This document shows, one piece after another, positions 9,704-19,344 of a DNA stretch of 64,000 bases. Location: NCBI GenBank assembly GCA_046753765.1, contig JBHHUN010000003.1, positions 21,001 through 85,000 of the forward strand, in the 5' to 3' direction. The translations under genes and the position numbers were made by a program. The notes beneath the pieces are model-generated. The model made no database searches, was not told where the DNA came from, and worked only from the letters and a program-made list of their open reading frames with translations. This DNA comes from Candidatus Dojkabacteria bacterium (lineage in GTDB: Bacteria; Patescibacteriota; Dojkabacteria; B142; OLB20). Position 1 is the stretch's first letter. Each line of letters begins with the position of its first letter.

Positions 9704-11757
9704 TTATGAAAGCAGCGCCGAAAAATCTTGTGCTAGTGATCTTGGTGCTTCTCCTGGTGCCGGTCGGAGTATTGATTCCGAAAGATGTTGGTGCAATATC
9801 TAACGGGAATGATGAGATATATTTAGCCACACCACTAAACAAAGCTCTTGTTGAAGGCAATGAGCAGTTTAGTTGGTTTATGAAGGATCCGGATCAAACT
9901 AAGATTCCCTTCCAGGTAGACTTGTTCAGAAAGAACTGTGGAGCTAACGGTTTATTCTTTGGAGTCGTTGTTACAGGTGAAAAAACATCAGTCAGTGGTG
10001 GAAAGATTTATAATGGGACGTGGGATACAGATGGGCCCATATTGGATAAATCCAAAATCAATGATGGTAACTACTGTATGCGTATCTGTGCCGTGTTCAA
10101 GCGTAACCCCAGTAATTTCTATGCACTTTGTGACAAGCACTCAGTTAAAGTTGTTAATACCAATCGTTCACCTGAAATAACAAGCAATCCTAAGGGGCTC
10201 AATCTGACCCAGGGAGATGACTTTAAATATGATGTACAGGCTAAGGATCCCGATGGTGATAAGCTGACATACACATTTCAGAAAAAGCCTAAATTCCTGA
10301 AGATCAACAACGACAGTGGTGTCATCACCTCCAAAGGTGCGATCAGTAACGTGGGCAGTTTCGAAGTTAAGGTGAAAGTTGCAGATGGTAAGGGGGGGAC
10401 GGACTTTCAGGTCTTTACTATTAATGTGACAGCGCAGGAGACAGATTTTAGTGTTAGTTTTACAAGTCCCGATTCGGAGAGTGTTTTTTCAAAGGATGAG
10501 AACCTGGTTAGTTGGAACGTCTCCGGAGATATCGACGTCGAGGAGATTACACTGTTTTATTCAACTGATACTGAGGAGTGGGCAGAAATCTCGTCAATCG
10601 AAGGCAACCCTGAGCAGTTTAGTTGGGATGTGACAGGTATGACTTCCGGAGAATACTATCTGAGACTCAGGTTAAAAGATACTAGCGGTAATCTGTTTGA
10701 AGTTGTAAGTGATAAGTTTACTGTGGCAACTGATGACGATGATGGTGGTGGTGAGGAAGTGCCATTGATAACTCCAAAGGATCCGGCGGAAGATGGTGTG
10801 ACTACCGAAACCACCCCAAAGATCTCGTTTAGTGCTGCACCATCGGAAGGGGCGGAGATTGATTCACAGTCAGTCACAGTCAAGCTTAATGATACTGAAT
10901 TGGAGGATTGTAGCCTTTCTCAAGGAGTTGTTGAGTGTATCGTTGAGACAGACCTTGAACTTGGTAGGCATAAGTTGTTTGTAGAGGTGACTGACAGTTT
11001 GGGGCAGAGTGCAGTTAAGGAGTGGTTCTTCGAAGTAGTGACCCCCGTGACTCCCACTCCCCAACCCGGACTGGGTGAGAATATAACCTTGTTTGGCAAC
11101 AGGATTCCAATAGAAACGTTCGGACTTGCAATTGGCATTTTGTGCGTTGGGTTGTTGCTACTTCTGATACCGTGGTTGTTATATCTGTTCATCATACGAA
11201 GGCGCCAGGAACAAAGCTATGATTACTATCCCGACGAGTCGGGCACAGGATACGAAGTTGGTGATTACTCTCCTACCCCTGATTATTCAACTTCGACGGG
11301 TGACATCGAGATATTTACACCCGGATCAGTTGGTGCTCCTCCAGCTGACCCCCTGTCACCTGAACCACTGGAACCAGAGCAGCCTACTCCGCCTGTAGAG
11401 CCTGCCACAGATATCCAGCAGCCAGTACAGGAAGACGCTGCCTACGAACCAACAGTTGGGGACCAAACACTTGGTGAGGAACAGTTTGTCACTCCTGAGC
11501 CGTATTCCCCTAGAGAAACAGCGTCAGGAGGAGCCAAAGGAGCAGAGCCTGCTCATATGCCCAGTATATACTCCGATGAGGAGGTTCCTGACTGGTTGAA
11601 GACCACAGATGAGAACGCGAGCGCTCCTGTATCACCTTCTGGGGAAGATTTTGAGAGTAGGCCAGGTGTTGTTGGAAGTGATGATACCTCAAAACCCTAT
11701 CAGGATTATGGATTGGCATCGAGGAATGAAGATAACCCGGATAAACAGGGTGAATAA
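9700..11757 (+). CDS. Secreted Ig/cadherin-like multi-domain protein with C-terminal TM and acidic Pro-rich tail
   Basis: Signal peptide; NRSPEITS..AKDPDGDKLTY cadherin-like Ig motif; further beta-sandwich modules; TM followed by RRR; about 180-aa D/E/P-rich tail. Confidence 0.75.
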   Translation: MIMKAAPKNLVLVILVLLLVPVGVLIPKDVGAISNGNDEIYLATPLNKALVEGNEQFSWFMKDPDQTKIPFQVDLFRKNCGANGLFFGVVVTGEKTSVSGGKIYNGTWDTDGPILDKSKINDGNYCMRICAVFKRNPSNFYALCDKHSVKVVNTNRSPEITSNPKGLNLTQGDDFKYDVQAKDPDGDKLTYTFQKKPKFLKINNDSGVITSKGAISNVGSFEVKVKVADGKGGTDFQVFTINVTAQETDFSVSFTSPDSESVFSKDENLVSWNVSGDIDVEEITLFYSTDTEEWAEISSIEGNPEQFSWDVTGMTSGEYYLRLRLKDTSGNLFEVVSDKFTVATDDDDGGGEEVPLITPKDPAEDGVTTETTPKISFSAAPSEGAEIDSQSVTVKLNDTELEDCSLSQGVVECIVETDLELGRHKLFVEVTDSLGQSAVKEWFFEVVTPVTPTPQPGLGENITLFGNRIPIETFGLAIGILCVGLLLLLIPWLLYLFIIRRRQEQSYDYYPDESGTGYEVGDYSPTPDYSTSTGDIEIFTPGSVGAPPADPLSPEPLEPEQPTPPVEPATDIQQPVQEDAAYEPTVGDQTLGEEQFVTPEPYSPRETASGGAKGAEPAHMPSIYSDEEVPDWLKTTDENASAPVSPSGEDFESRPGVVGSDDTSKPYQDYGLASRNEDNPDKQGE

Positions 11758-11763
11758 GAGGAG

Positions 11764-14700
11764 TTAAAGGTTGGCGATCCCCGAATTATTAAGATAGCTG
11801 CCCTCGTAACCTCTACCAGTTGCAATATTAACGTCTCCGTTAGCGATCTTGGCAAGTGTTCGAAGCTTACTTGCAAGTTTTGGGCCTACATATTTGTAGT
11901 AACTTACCTCGCCCGGCGACAGCGAAACTATCAAGACCTCTGAATCGAAATAGTAGTCCTTTTCACCGATTACGAGTATTAATTCACGTTCGTTTAGCTT
12001 CTCCATGAAGTCTGGGCCAAGATCGTTCAACACATTTAAAATAGAAGTTGTCTGTTGTCTGGTCCATATACTTTCGAATCCTATTAGTCGTACACCGTAG
12101 TGCGATAGCTCCAGTTGTTGATACTCAGTACTGGCCTCAGGGACGTCGTTTGATATCGGAACGTTATTCATTGCTTGCTGAGAGCTAGTGCTCATCGCCC
12201 CAATAAGCATGATCAGCGACATCATAAACGGCACAACATTACTTACATTAATGCCCCTGAAAGCCATATTGGCCAGATTTAGGAAGGCTCCGGCGAGGTT
12301 GAACAGCATCATTGATGCGTTCATTAAGGCATTTATTGCTCCGTTGAGAGGGACATCAATCAGATAGTGCCCGAGGGCTTGTCCAAGGAGCTGTCCTAAG
12401 AAAGTTCCAAATCCCGTCCCGAGAGCGATGAAAAAAGGTGTTGCGAGGGCTCCTAGACCCCCCGTAATTGTCGTAGCTATTGCTGACGTACTGGCAGCTA
12501 TAGCTGTGCCTACGGCGCTACCGATAGCAATTCCAGCTACACCTCCTACTGCGGCACCAACGCCTGCACCAACCATTGCTCCGATACCGGTTCCAAGATT
12601 GAAAGCTGCACCCACAGCAAATCCTAATATGCTGCCAACTGTAAACCCAACTGTCGCCGGGTTGACTCTTGGGATAAGCCCACTTGCAAACCCTCTTAGT
12701 GTTTGCGCACTATAACGCCCGAAATTACCGAAGCTTTGAAACGCCTCCCCAAAGGTGAGTAGTCCTTCTGTACTTGCTGTAGGGATCCCCATTGCTCCAC
12801 CTGTGAGTGCATACGCTGATCTACTTAGTGCATTTGTTGTTTGTAAGTACCCCACCGCTCCAAGGTAGTTTCCGCCAACGGTGATAACATTGAGAAACCC
12901 CGTTCCCTGATAAAATGTGAAGCTGTCTCGAAGATATCTGTCGAGATCGCCGTCGTATTCATCCTTCAAGATCTGTGCCTGTTGGCCTATCCACGAACCA
13001 CCGATCATTCTGTTCATAAATCGTGTACCCGGGATCCGTGCAAGTTTGGCAAACATTGAACTATCCCCCCTAAGACTTTGTGCGACGCCCTTCCCTATTA
13101 ATGAGTCCCAGATGAACCTGGCGCCCGCACCGGCCGCAAACCCCGCACCGGCCGCAAGCAGTGGGTTGACGCCGGTAATAAGCCCGACTGTGGCTGCAAT
13201 GGATGCTACAGTTAAGCCGGTATTGATTGATCTAAAGAGCCTTTGAGAATTAGAATAGATATTTCGCATACCTTTCACCTGATCCTGAAGCTCAGATGTG
13301 AGGTCTGCTTGTGCCTTCCATGTTCCATTTGGCATTCTCCATTTTCTCAGGTTGTATGATTGCATATTTTGTATTGCAGCCAAGGCTGTACCTGTTGCGC
13401 CACCAAGTACCATTGCCGTTGGGTTCAATCCAAATATAGCAGCTGTACCAACACTGGTCAGTAGCCCTTTGGGGAGTGCACGTGCTGTTGATGAGGTTAC
13501 CCTGTATCCCGTTCGAAGCACCCTACCGGTTGCTGTAGCCACTCTGACTGTACCTCTTGCCACTGCCTTAACACCTCTTCCTGTGGCTCTTGCCCCTCTG
13601 ACGCTCAATCGTGTCAATCTGGCATCTCTGACCGATCTATATAAATTACGGCCACCCTCCTGCACCCTTTGAGTTGCCCGTCCTGCTATTTCAGCTGCTT
13701 GCTCACTTTTTTGGGATGCGTACTCTGCGGTTCTGGAGTTAACGACCCGCTGACCTACCCTTGAGCTGACAAATCTGGCTCTAGCTGCCCTACTGATAGC
13801 TGTGCCCGTCTTACCTATTGCTTTGACAACCCCCTTGGCTGTATCGAATAGCCCCTTGAAGAACATGCGAAGCACCAAACCTCGAGCAGCCTTTTCATTC
13901 TCTTCCTTCTTCTTTTTTTTATATGCCCTGCGTGTCAAGATTATCCGACCCTTTAGCTGTCGACGATAGAACTTCTCGGACTGCTTTTGCAGCCTCTTTG
14001 ATCTGTCCTTAACTCTTTCGGGTACAAATCCTGAAACATTCGCACCTGTCCATCGCGCGACATCTTTCCCTTTATTCACCACCGGTCTTCCAAAAAACAC
14101 TGCCGGCTTTGCAACAAAGTTTCTTGCTGTAAATTTTGCTGCCCCAATAGCGAAATTCTTGGTTCCCTCTTTTACATTCTCTTTAAACTTCTTTCTTTTT
14201 TGTCGAAACCTTTCACGCAGTCCAGGTTTTTTTGCATCATAACGGAAGTCTTCCATCTGGAAAATGTTGTACCACTTACCTCTTAAGAATGCGTCTTCCA
14301 TCTGCCGGGTTCTTTTGTTCATTGACTCGCTCCAATGGGGGTTGTCCCAGGCATAAAACTGTGCTTTCGTTTCTTGACCAAGCCATCGTGCTCCACGTTT
14401 CAACTTGTCTGCACGAGATTCTTCCCTCTGAACTTCTACTTCAGGGGCAGGAACAGGTTCAGAAGGAGGGGGCAATGTAGCTTCTGTCTCTCCTGTGGGT
14501 TTTGGTGTAAATTCCCCAGCAGGTTGTTCGTCTTTGGGTAATCCAGAAGGTAGCTGTGCGGCTTCTGTGGGCGTGACAGAGCCCATTTGAATTTCTGACT
14601 TTACCCCGTTGAGATACTGAATGATAGCTGTTGCTGCTGGATGCTTGCTAATATCGGGGTGATATTTCTTTGCGAGGTCTCTGTAGGAGGCCTGGATATC

Positions 14701-15000
14701 TTCTCCCCGGCCTGCAATGTCGTAGAGTCCGTCTATCTCCGCTTTGACCTCAGGAGGAACCCCGGTTGCATCCGGTCGTGGTTGCTCAACAGCTTCTGCC
14801 TTTTGTTCGGGAATGGCAATTGCCGATGAGGCTCTCACCTGTTGCAGTACTTTATCAGCTTCCCGTAGTATTTCCTCGACAGACTTCCTTTGTTCCCGGT
14901 TTTCACGCAGGAACTTCTCTACAGCTTCAATTAGAGCAGCAGTATCACTCCCCAGCTCTGAGATCCTATCTTGTATTCGTTGCATTGGTTCAACTGCCAT
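11764..15000 (-). CDS. Large hypothetical membrane protein with compact J-domain, basic region and Gly/Ala-rich hydrophobic tracts
   Basis: IQASYRDLAKKYHPD J-domain signature, R/K-rich middle and many GxxxG segments. Confidence 0.8.
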   Translation of the reverse strand: MAVEPMQRIQDRISELGSDTAALIEAVEKFLRENREQRKSVEEILREADKVLQQVRASSAIAIPEQKAEAVEQPRPDATGVPPEVKAEIDGLYDIAGRGEDIQASYRDLAKKYHPDISKHPAATAIIQYLNGVKSEIQMGSVTPTEAAQLPSGLPKDEQPAGEFTPKPTGETEATLPPPSEPVPAPEVEVQREESRADKLKRGARWLGQETKAQFYAWDNPHWSESMNKRTRQMEDAFLRGKWYNIFQMEDFRYDAKKPGLRERFRQKRKKFKENVKEGTKNFAIGAAKFTARNFVAKPAVFFGRPVVNKGKDVARWTGANVSGFVPERVKDRSKRLQKQSEKFYRRQLKGRIILTRRAYKKKKKEENEKAARGLVLRMFFKGLFDTAKGVVKAIGKTGTAISRAARARFVSSRVGQRVVNSRTAEYASQKSEQAAEIAGRATQRVQEGGRNLYRSVRDARLTRLSVRGARATGRGVKAVARGTVRVATATGRVLRTGYRVTSSTARALPKGLLTSVGTAAIFGLNPTAMVLGGATGTALAAIQNMQSYNLRKWRMPNGTWKAQADLTSELQDQVKGMRNIYSNSQRLFRSINTGLTVASIAATVGLITGVNPLLAAGAGFAAGAGARFIWDSLIGKGVAQSLRGDSSMFAKLARIPGTRFMNRMIGGSWIGQQAQILKDEYDGDLDRYLRDSFTFYQGTGFLNVITVGGNYLGAVGYLQTTNALSRSAYALTGGAMGIPTASTEGLLTFGEAFQSFGNFGRYSAQTLRGFASGLIPRVNPATVGFTVGSILGFAVGAAFNLGTGIGAMVGAGVGAAVGGVAGIAIGSAVGTAIAASTSAIATTITGGLGALATPFFIALGTGFGTFLGQLLGQALGHYLIDVPLNGAINALMNASMMLFNLAGAFLNLANMAFRGINVSNVVPFMMSLIMLIGAMSTSSQQAMNNVPISNDVPEASTEYQQLELSHYGVRLIGFESIWTRQQTTSILNVLNDLGPDFMEKLNERELILVIGEKDYYFDSEVLIVSLSPGEVSYYKYVGPKLASKLRTLAKIANGDVNIATGRGYEGSYLNNSGIANL

Positions 15001-15001
15001 A

Positions 15002-16051
15002 TTACCCCAACATTGATAGATGATTTTGAATAGTCCGTATATCCCTCCTGATGTTTTCTAATTCCTGGGCGTATTTCTTGATCTGGTCCAGCTGGTTTTG
15101 CATATCTGTTGCCTTGGCCTGCAACTGGGTGGTAGCTTGAACAAGCGTTGTCTGTGATGCTGGATCATTCTGCCCGGTAAGAGACTGTGCCTGTTGTTCC
15201 AGGTTTTCTACCTCTACCTTTAACTTGTCAATATAGTCGCTGGTTTGATCTATATGTTTTGCCAAAGCATCAAACTCCTTCATCCGCCTTTTCAACCTTT
15301 TTCTTAGTCCCTTCCTTTGCTTATCTAAGAAATACCTCTGATTTAGATTTTTGAAGAGTGCGTTGATTTGCTCTGTGTCAATCTCGACGTCCTTTTGATG
15401 TTCCTGTTGCTGTGCCTTTAGAGTGCCATAAATCCCCGAAAGAATAGTCAGTGCTTCCCTCTGGGCAGGAGTCATTGGTACGAGCGTATTGGGTTGGTTG
15501 GTGTATGGGCGTACTGCTAATGCTAACAGCCTTTCATACTCCTCAATGTTTGAGATACTGGTGTATTGTTGTAGTTTTGCCTCTTTTTGATAAAGACCGG
15601 GTACGAGAGAGGGCTGTTTCAATGTCAAGGTTCCTATCTGTTGCTTCAACATCGCCTCATGTTTTTTGACCTCCTCTTTAAACTCGTCTTTAACAAATGC
15701 CCAGTCCTTAAGAAGACTCATTATCTGCGAAGCAGGGGTAACTGCACTCTTAAGCGCCATGTGGTCTATCCACTGGCTCAGCGTCATCACTGCAATTTGT
15801 AGATCGCGGGGTTGTACTCCACCAGCGAAGGCCAAAGTACCAAAATCAAATTCTTGTGTTGCTGGTGCATTTCGTGCGGATAGTCCTTTCATGACATGAT
15901 CCATTGTTCGCTCGTACAAACTAACTTTCTTTGCATAATCTGGTATACCCTCTGTTTTCCTCTCCCCGCTTACCGATTGCCATGTACTTTTAAGATCAAT
16001 CAGGTCGTTAAGCGAAACTGCAGTTATGGCACCTTTGTTGTTTGTTTGCAT
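15002..16051 (-). CDS. Hypothetical coiled-coil protein
   Basis: 349-aa ORF with a Q/E/K/L-rich heptad C-terminal half. Its start overlaps the upstream stop (TGATG). Confidence 0.75.
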   Translation of the reverse strand: MQTNNKGAITAVSLNDLIDLKSTWQSVSGERKTEGIPDYAKKVSLYERTMDHVMKGLSARNAPATQEFDFGTLAFAGGVQPRDLQIAVMTLSQWIDHMALKSAVTPASQIMSLLKDWAFVKDEFKEEVKKHEAMLKQQIGTLTLKQPSLVPGLYQKEAKLQQYTSISNIEEYERLLALAVRPYTNQPNTLVPMTPAQREALTILSGIYGTLKAQQQEHQKDVEIDTEQINALFKNLNQRYFLDKQRKGLRKRLKRRMKEFDALAKHIDQTSDYIDKLKVEVENLEQQAQSLTGQNDPASQTTLVQATTQLQAKATDMQNQLDQIKKYAQELENIRRDIRTIQNHLSMLG

Positions 16052-17232
16052 CAGTTCTCTTCTGCCAGATAGTCATTTAAAGTAAATTTGGGGTTTTCAA
16101 GTCCGTTTGTAACAGCGTTGAATATTTCGTATTTTGCCTCATGCGTGAAATCTACGTTATATGTTTCGAATGGCTCGGGGAGTACGTTCCCGTCGTCCAT
16201 TACAAGATACAAGTCAATCAGAAAGTTGAACTTTCGCTCATCTTTGTCAAACTGTTCAGGCGGTCTGAACCGGAGCTGATAGAGATTGACGGGAGTAAAC
16301 AGTCCGGAGTTGATATAGTAAAGCAGTAGCTCTTTGTAGTCTTCAAGAAGAACTTTACGTGTTTCGGGGTACAGTGACTTCATTGCTCGCAGTCCATCTG
16401 TAATAACTTTAACAACTTGATCTTCAAGATCTTCGAGCTGTGGCGGGAATTTACTTTCAGTGTTATTAGTTATCTTTCTGTAATACGCATTGAGGTTTGC
16501 CTTAGCCTGTCCTGGACTCATACCTCTGGCAAGATAGGAGTATAGTCTTGGTGTGAAGTACATATAGCAGGTTTCGGCTACTGTTTCGTTTAGAAGACGC
16601 AATTCGTCCACGTAGAGTAATGGTACCATTCCGTACACAGTGATATCATCCAGGTCATCGATCATCTGATCGCGAATACCAGTAAACTCGGTAAGTGCCG
16701 AGAGGTATGATTTCATTATATTTTCCCTTTTCTCGCGCTCGCTAGTTGCTTGAAAATCAAGGACCCCAAAATCGTTGATGACAAATGCATCTGGAATGGC
16801 AAAAGTTATTGTGGATGGTAGAAATTTTTGATCCTTCGGCACGTCCATTGACTTTATGATACTGCGTTCAAGTTTTGTTGGTACACGTACCAGCTGGTAC
16901 TCAGCAAATTCAAGCCTTGCTTCAAGATACCGCATTATGTAGAGATCATGCATTGCTTCAAGGAAGATTTCTGGTGTTTTTTTGCCTGTTTTGTCCAGTT
17001 TAAGCTCATAAAGACTAACGAGCTTTTCGATTATCTCTATGTATCTGAGCATCAGCCGCTCTGTCTGGGGAGACGTTTGCTCTATTTTAATATCTAGCGA
17101 CTCTTCTTTTGAAAACAGGAAGATGTAATCGAGGATCTCGGGTCCCAGAACAGAGATAAGCTGCTTTTCTATATCACTGAGATCAGTAACAAGTGTCGAG
17201 ATAGAATTGGTGTTTTGTGTTTCTGTAGCCAT
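16051..17232 (-). CDS. Hypothetical cytoplasmic helical protein
   Basis: 393-aa ORF with no TM or signal, starting 9 nt after the upstream stop. Confidence 0.75.
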   Translation of the reverse strand: MATETQNTNSISTLVTDLSDIEKQLISVLGPEILDYIFLFSKEESLDIKIEQTSPQTERLMLRYIEIIEKLVSLYELKLDKTGKKTPEIFLEAMHDLYIMRYLEARLEFAEYQLVRVPTKLERSIIKSMDVPKDQKFLPSTITFAIPDAFVINDFGVLDFQATSEREKRENIMKSYLSALTEFTGIRDQMIDDLDDITVYGMVPLLYVDELRLLNETVAETCYMYFTPRLYSYLARGMSPGQAKANLNAYYRKITNNTESKFPPQLEDLEDQVVKVITDGLRAMKSLYPETRKVLLEDYKELLLYYINSGLFTPVNLYQLRFRPPEQFDKDERKFNFLIDLYLVMDDGNVLPEPFETYNVDFTHEAKYEIFNAVTNGLENPKFTLNDYLAEEN

Positions 17233-17241
17233 CTTTCATCT

Positions 17242-18771
17242 CTATCCCTGATTTGATGTCCCCGGCGCATAACTAGTAAGTCTTTTTTTGGTCTCATTCA
17301 ACAACCCGCCAAGAGCCGTTGTTCTCTGACTAACTACCTGGAAGAAGATATTACCAGTTGGTACACCCATATTGTTTTTAATTAGATCCGGAATGCTTGG
17401 TGAGAACAGGAAGACCGAGTAAACAACAATAATTTTATAGATGCCACCACCGAACTGTGATGCTTCGCTACCGTACCCGAGCAGTGGGGGTGCCCATTCA
17501 ATTGCACCAGCATCCCGGAATGCACCGGTCAAACCGCTGCTGTTACCCACAATTATGAGAAATAGAAATACACCATATAGAACGATAAACACAAGACTGG
17601 CAGCCAGAAGTGTTTTGAAGTAATTGCCCACTATAGTACCGGTTCTACCAGGTATGGCTGCAGTCAGGAATATAAACGGCGAGAATATGGGCATTGTGGT
17701 TAGAATTATGTAGTTATTAAGCAGTGCGAGAAACAGCTTAAAAGCTGCGCCCAGGGCAACAAGTCCAAGCAGTAGCTTAAGTAGATCTCCGGCGAGGCCA
17801 CCTCCCAAGGCTGAGAAAAGCCCCGTGAGAAATGTCTCCTCCACACCGCCTATGAGAGGAAACCACCCGATCTCACATGTGTCAAGTTCGCCCTCAGTAG
17901 GAATAAGTGGATCAGGGTCACAGATGTGGATTGCAGACGAGCTCCAGATATTCATAAAGCCAAGCTGATAATCGTCCGGCTGAAGTTCATTAATCTTGGG
18001 TCCGGAGTAGCCAGGGGCCCCCTGAACGCCACCTTGAAAGATATCGTAGCCCGGAGCTCCAGGGGCTGTGACCATTACACTTTGGACAAAATTAGTGCCG
18101 ATCGTAACAAGATCTACAAATAAAGCAGATATCGGATAGCTTAGGGTTACCAATAGCAGGGCGATCAACACCGACGGTAGTGAGTTAGCGACATTCACTA
18201 TAGTTTGCCCACCAAGATTTTGTCGGAACAGCACAAGGAAAGCTATCACGATGAGAATGACTATGAAGAAACCATAGGCGATATTTCTTGTCCACTGCCA
18301 GAAACCAAGGATCGGGCGAAGAAGTTCAAAACCTAACCCAGGGAAGTACGTTGATGGATTCGAGTCATTTTGGGCGAAAACAGTAATAGATTCGTAGCCA
18401 AGAATTTGGTTGTACTCGTTCTGTGCCCAGACAATCATACTGGCTGGCGGGTTATCATACATACCATCGCTCAGGGCTGCTATCTGTAGGACAGCCCCTT
18501 TTTGAGACACATCGTCTTTACCTTCAGCTGAGCCTGTTGCCGTCAGATGATTCCATCCACCTGCAAACCATGCAGAAAGACTGCCAAGGTCGTTCCTCCC
18601 TTGTGGAGCAACGTAAGTATGAATGGCCGATCGAGGTTCAGCCACAGCTTGAGTCATCGGCACATTAGACAGCAGAAAAAATGCAATCAACCCTACGACC
18701 ATTAGGGTCTTAAATACCGATCTCTGCTTCCAGCCCTTCTTAATCAGGCTCTTTACCGTGGGACCCTTCAT
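17242..18771 (-). CDS. VirB6/TrbL-like polytopic membrane protein (CPR type)
   Basis: N-terminal signal/TM, then WQWTRNIAYGFFIVILIVIAF..FR..LPSVLIALLLVTLSYPIS..VD, later PIFSPFIF and C-terminal PSIPDLI. This pattern is typical of Patescibacteria VirB6-like proteins (recognised by eye). Confidence 0.65.
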   Translation of the reverse strand: MKGPTVKSLIKKGWKQRSVFKTLMVVGLIAFFLLSNVPMTQAVAEPRSAIHTYVAPQGRNDLGSLSAWFAGGWNHLTATGSAEGKDDVSQKGAVLQIAALSDGMYDNPPASMIVWAQNEYNQILGYESITVFAQNDSNPSTYFPGLGFELLRPILGFWQWTRNIAYGFFIVILIVIAFLVLFRQNLGGQTIVNVANSLPSVLIALLLVTLSYPISALFVDLVTIGTNFVQSVMVTAPGAPGYDIFQGGVQGAPGYSGPKINELQPDDYQLGFMNIWSSSAIHICDPDPLIPTEGELDTCEIGWFPLIGGVEETFLTGLFSALGGGLAGDLLKLLLGLVALGAAFKLFLALLNNYIILTTMPIFSPFIFLTAAIPGRTGTIVGNYFKTLLAASLVFIVLYGVFLFLIIVGNSSGLTGAFRDAGAIEWAPPLLGYGSEASQFGGGIYKIIVVYSVFLFSPSIPDLIKNNMGVPTGNIFFQVVSQRTTALGGLLNETKKRLTSYAPGTSNQG

Positions 18772-18814
18772 CTATGCATTCTAATGTAACGAATAAACGG
18801 TAGTTTCTTCCACC

Positions 18815-18843
18815 AGTATAGGAAGTTATGGAAATGATTTCAA
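18815..18843 (-). promoter_or_regulatory. sigma70-type promoter upstream of the VirB6-like gene
   Basis: Minus strand TTGAAA-N17-TATACT, 43 nt upstream of the ATG at 18771. Confidence 0.55.
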
Positions 18844-18851
18844 CAAGATAA

Positions 18852-19328
18852 TCACTCGGGGAGTTTTTTTTCGCGTTTGAATTTGAACTTCCTCAGTTCG
18901 GGGTACTGTTTTTTCAGTTGTCCTATCATACGGTAGTCATCGACAAACCAGTCACTTATCTGGATGAGTGCATCGTCATCCATTCTGGCAAAGAAATCGG
19001 CTGCCATTTCGTTTTCAAACTTCATTAATTTTTTTTCAATAATGTCGTTTAACTTCGGGTGTTTCCCCCTGATTTTAAACATCATTTTATAGAACTTCTC
19101 GAGATTCTTTGCCTGTTCCTTTTGGTTCAGTGTTGTGTCGCTGAGCTTATCAAGCTCCTCATCGTATTCCTTTAACTTGTTCTCAGAAAGGAACAAGATG
19201 GTTTGCTGTATTTCAACCTGCATCTTCATTTCAAGGTACTCATGTCTCATCTGCATAATGACGTAGTCATCATATCCAAACTGATCCTGAACTAGTTTTG
19301 CAAATCTCTCGTCAAACAAAAAAAACAT
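18852..19328 (-). CDS. Small helical hypothetical protein
   Basis: 158-aa charged ORF starting 16 nt after the stop of the 1725-aa gene. Confidence 0.75.
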   Translation of the reverse strand: MFFLFDERFAKLVQDQFGYDDYVIMQMRHEYLEMKMQVEIQQTILFLSENKLKEYDEELDKLSDTTLNQKEQAKNLEKFYKMMFKIRGKHPKLNDIIEKKLMKFENEMAADFFARMDDDALIQISDWFVDDYRMIGQLKKQYPELRKFKFKREKKLPE

Positions 19329-19344
19329 GTATATTCAATAACAA

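Noticed and set aside
13124-13157. 16-bp direct repeat CCCGCACCGGCCGCAA x2
   Set aside because: An in-frame coding repeat (AAGAG) in the Gly-rich region; not CRISPR or an att site.
11764-15000. Phage tape-measure / prophage interpretation
   Set aside because: The Gly/Ala-rich tracts are superficially similar, but there are no terminase, capsid, tail or integrase genes in the window.
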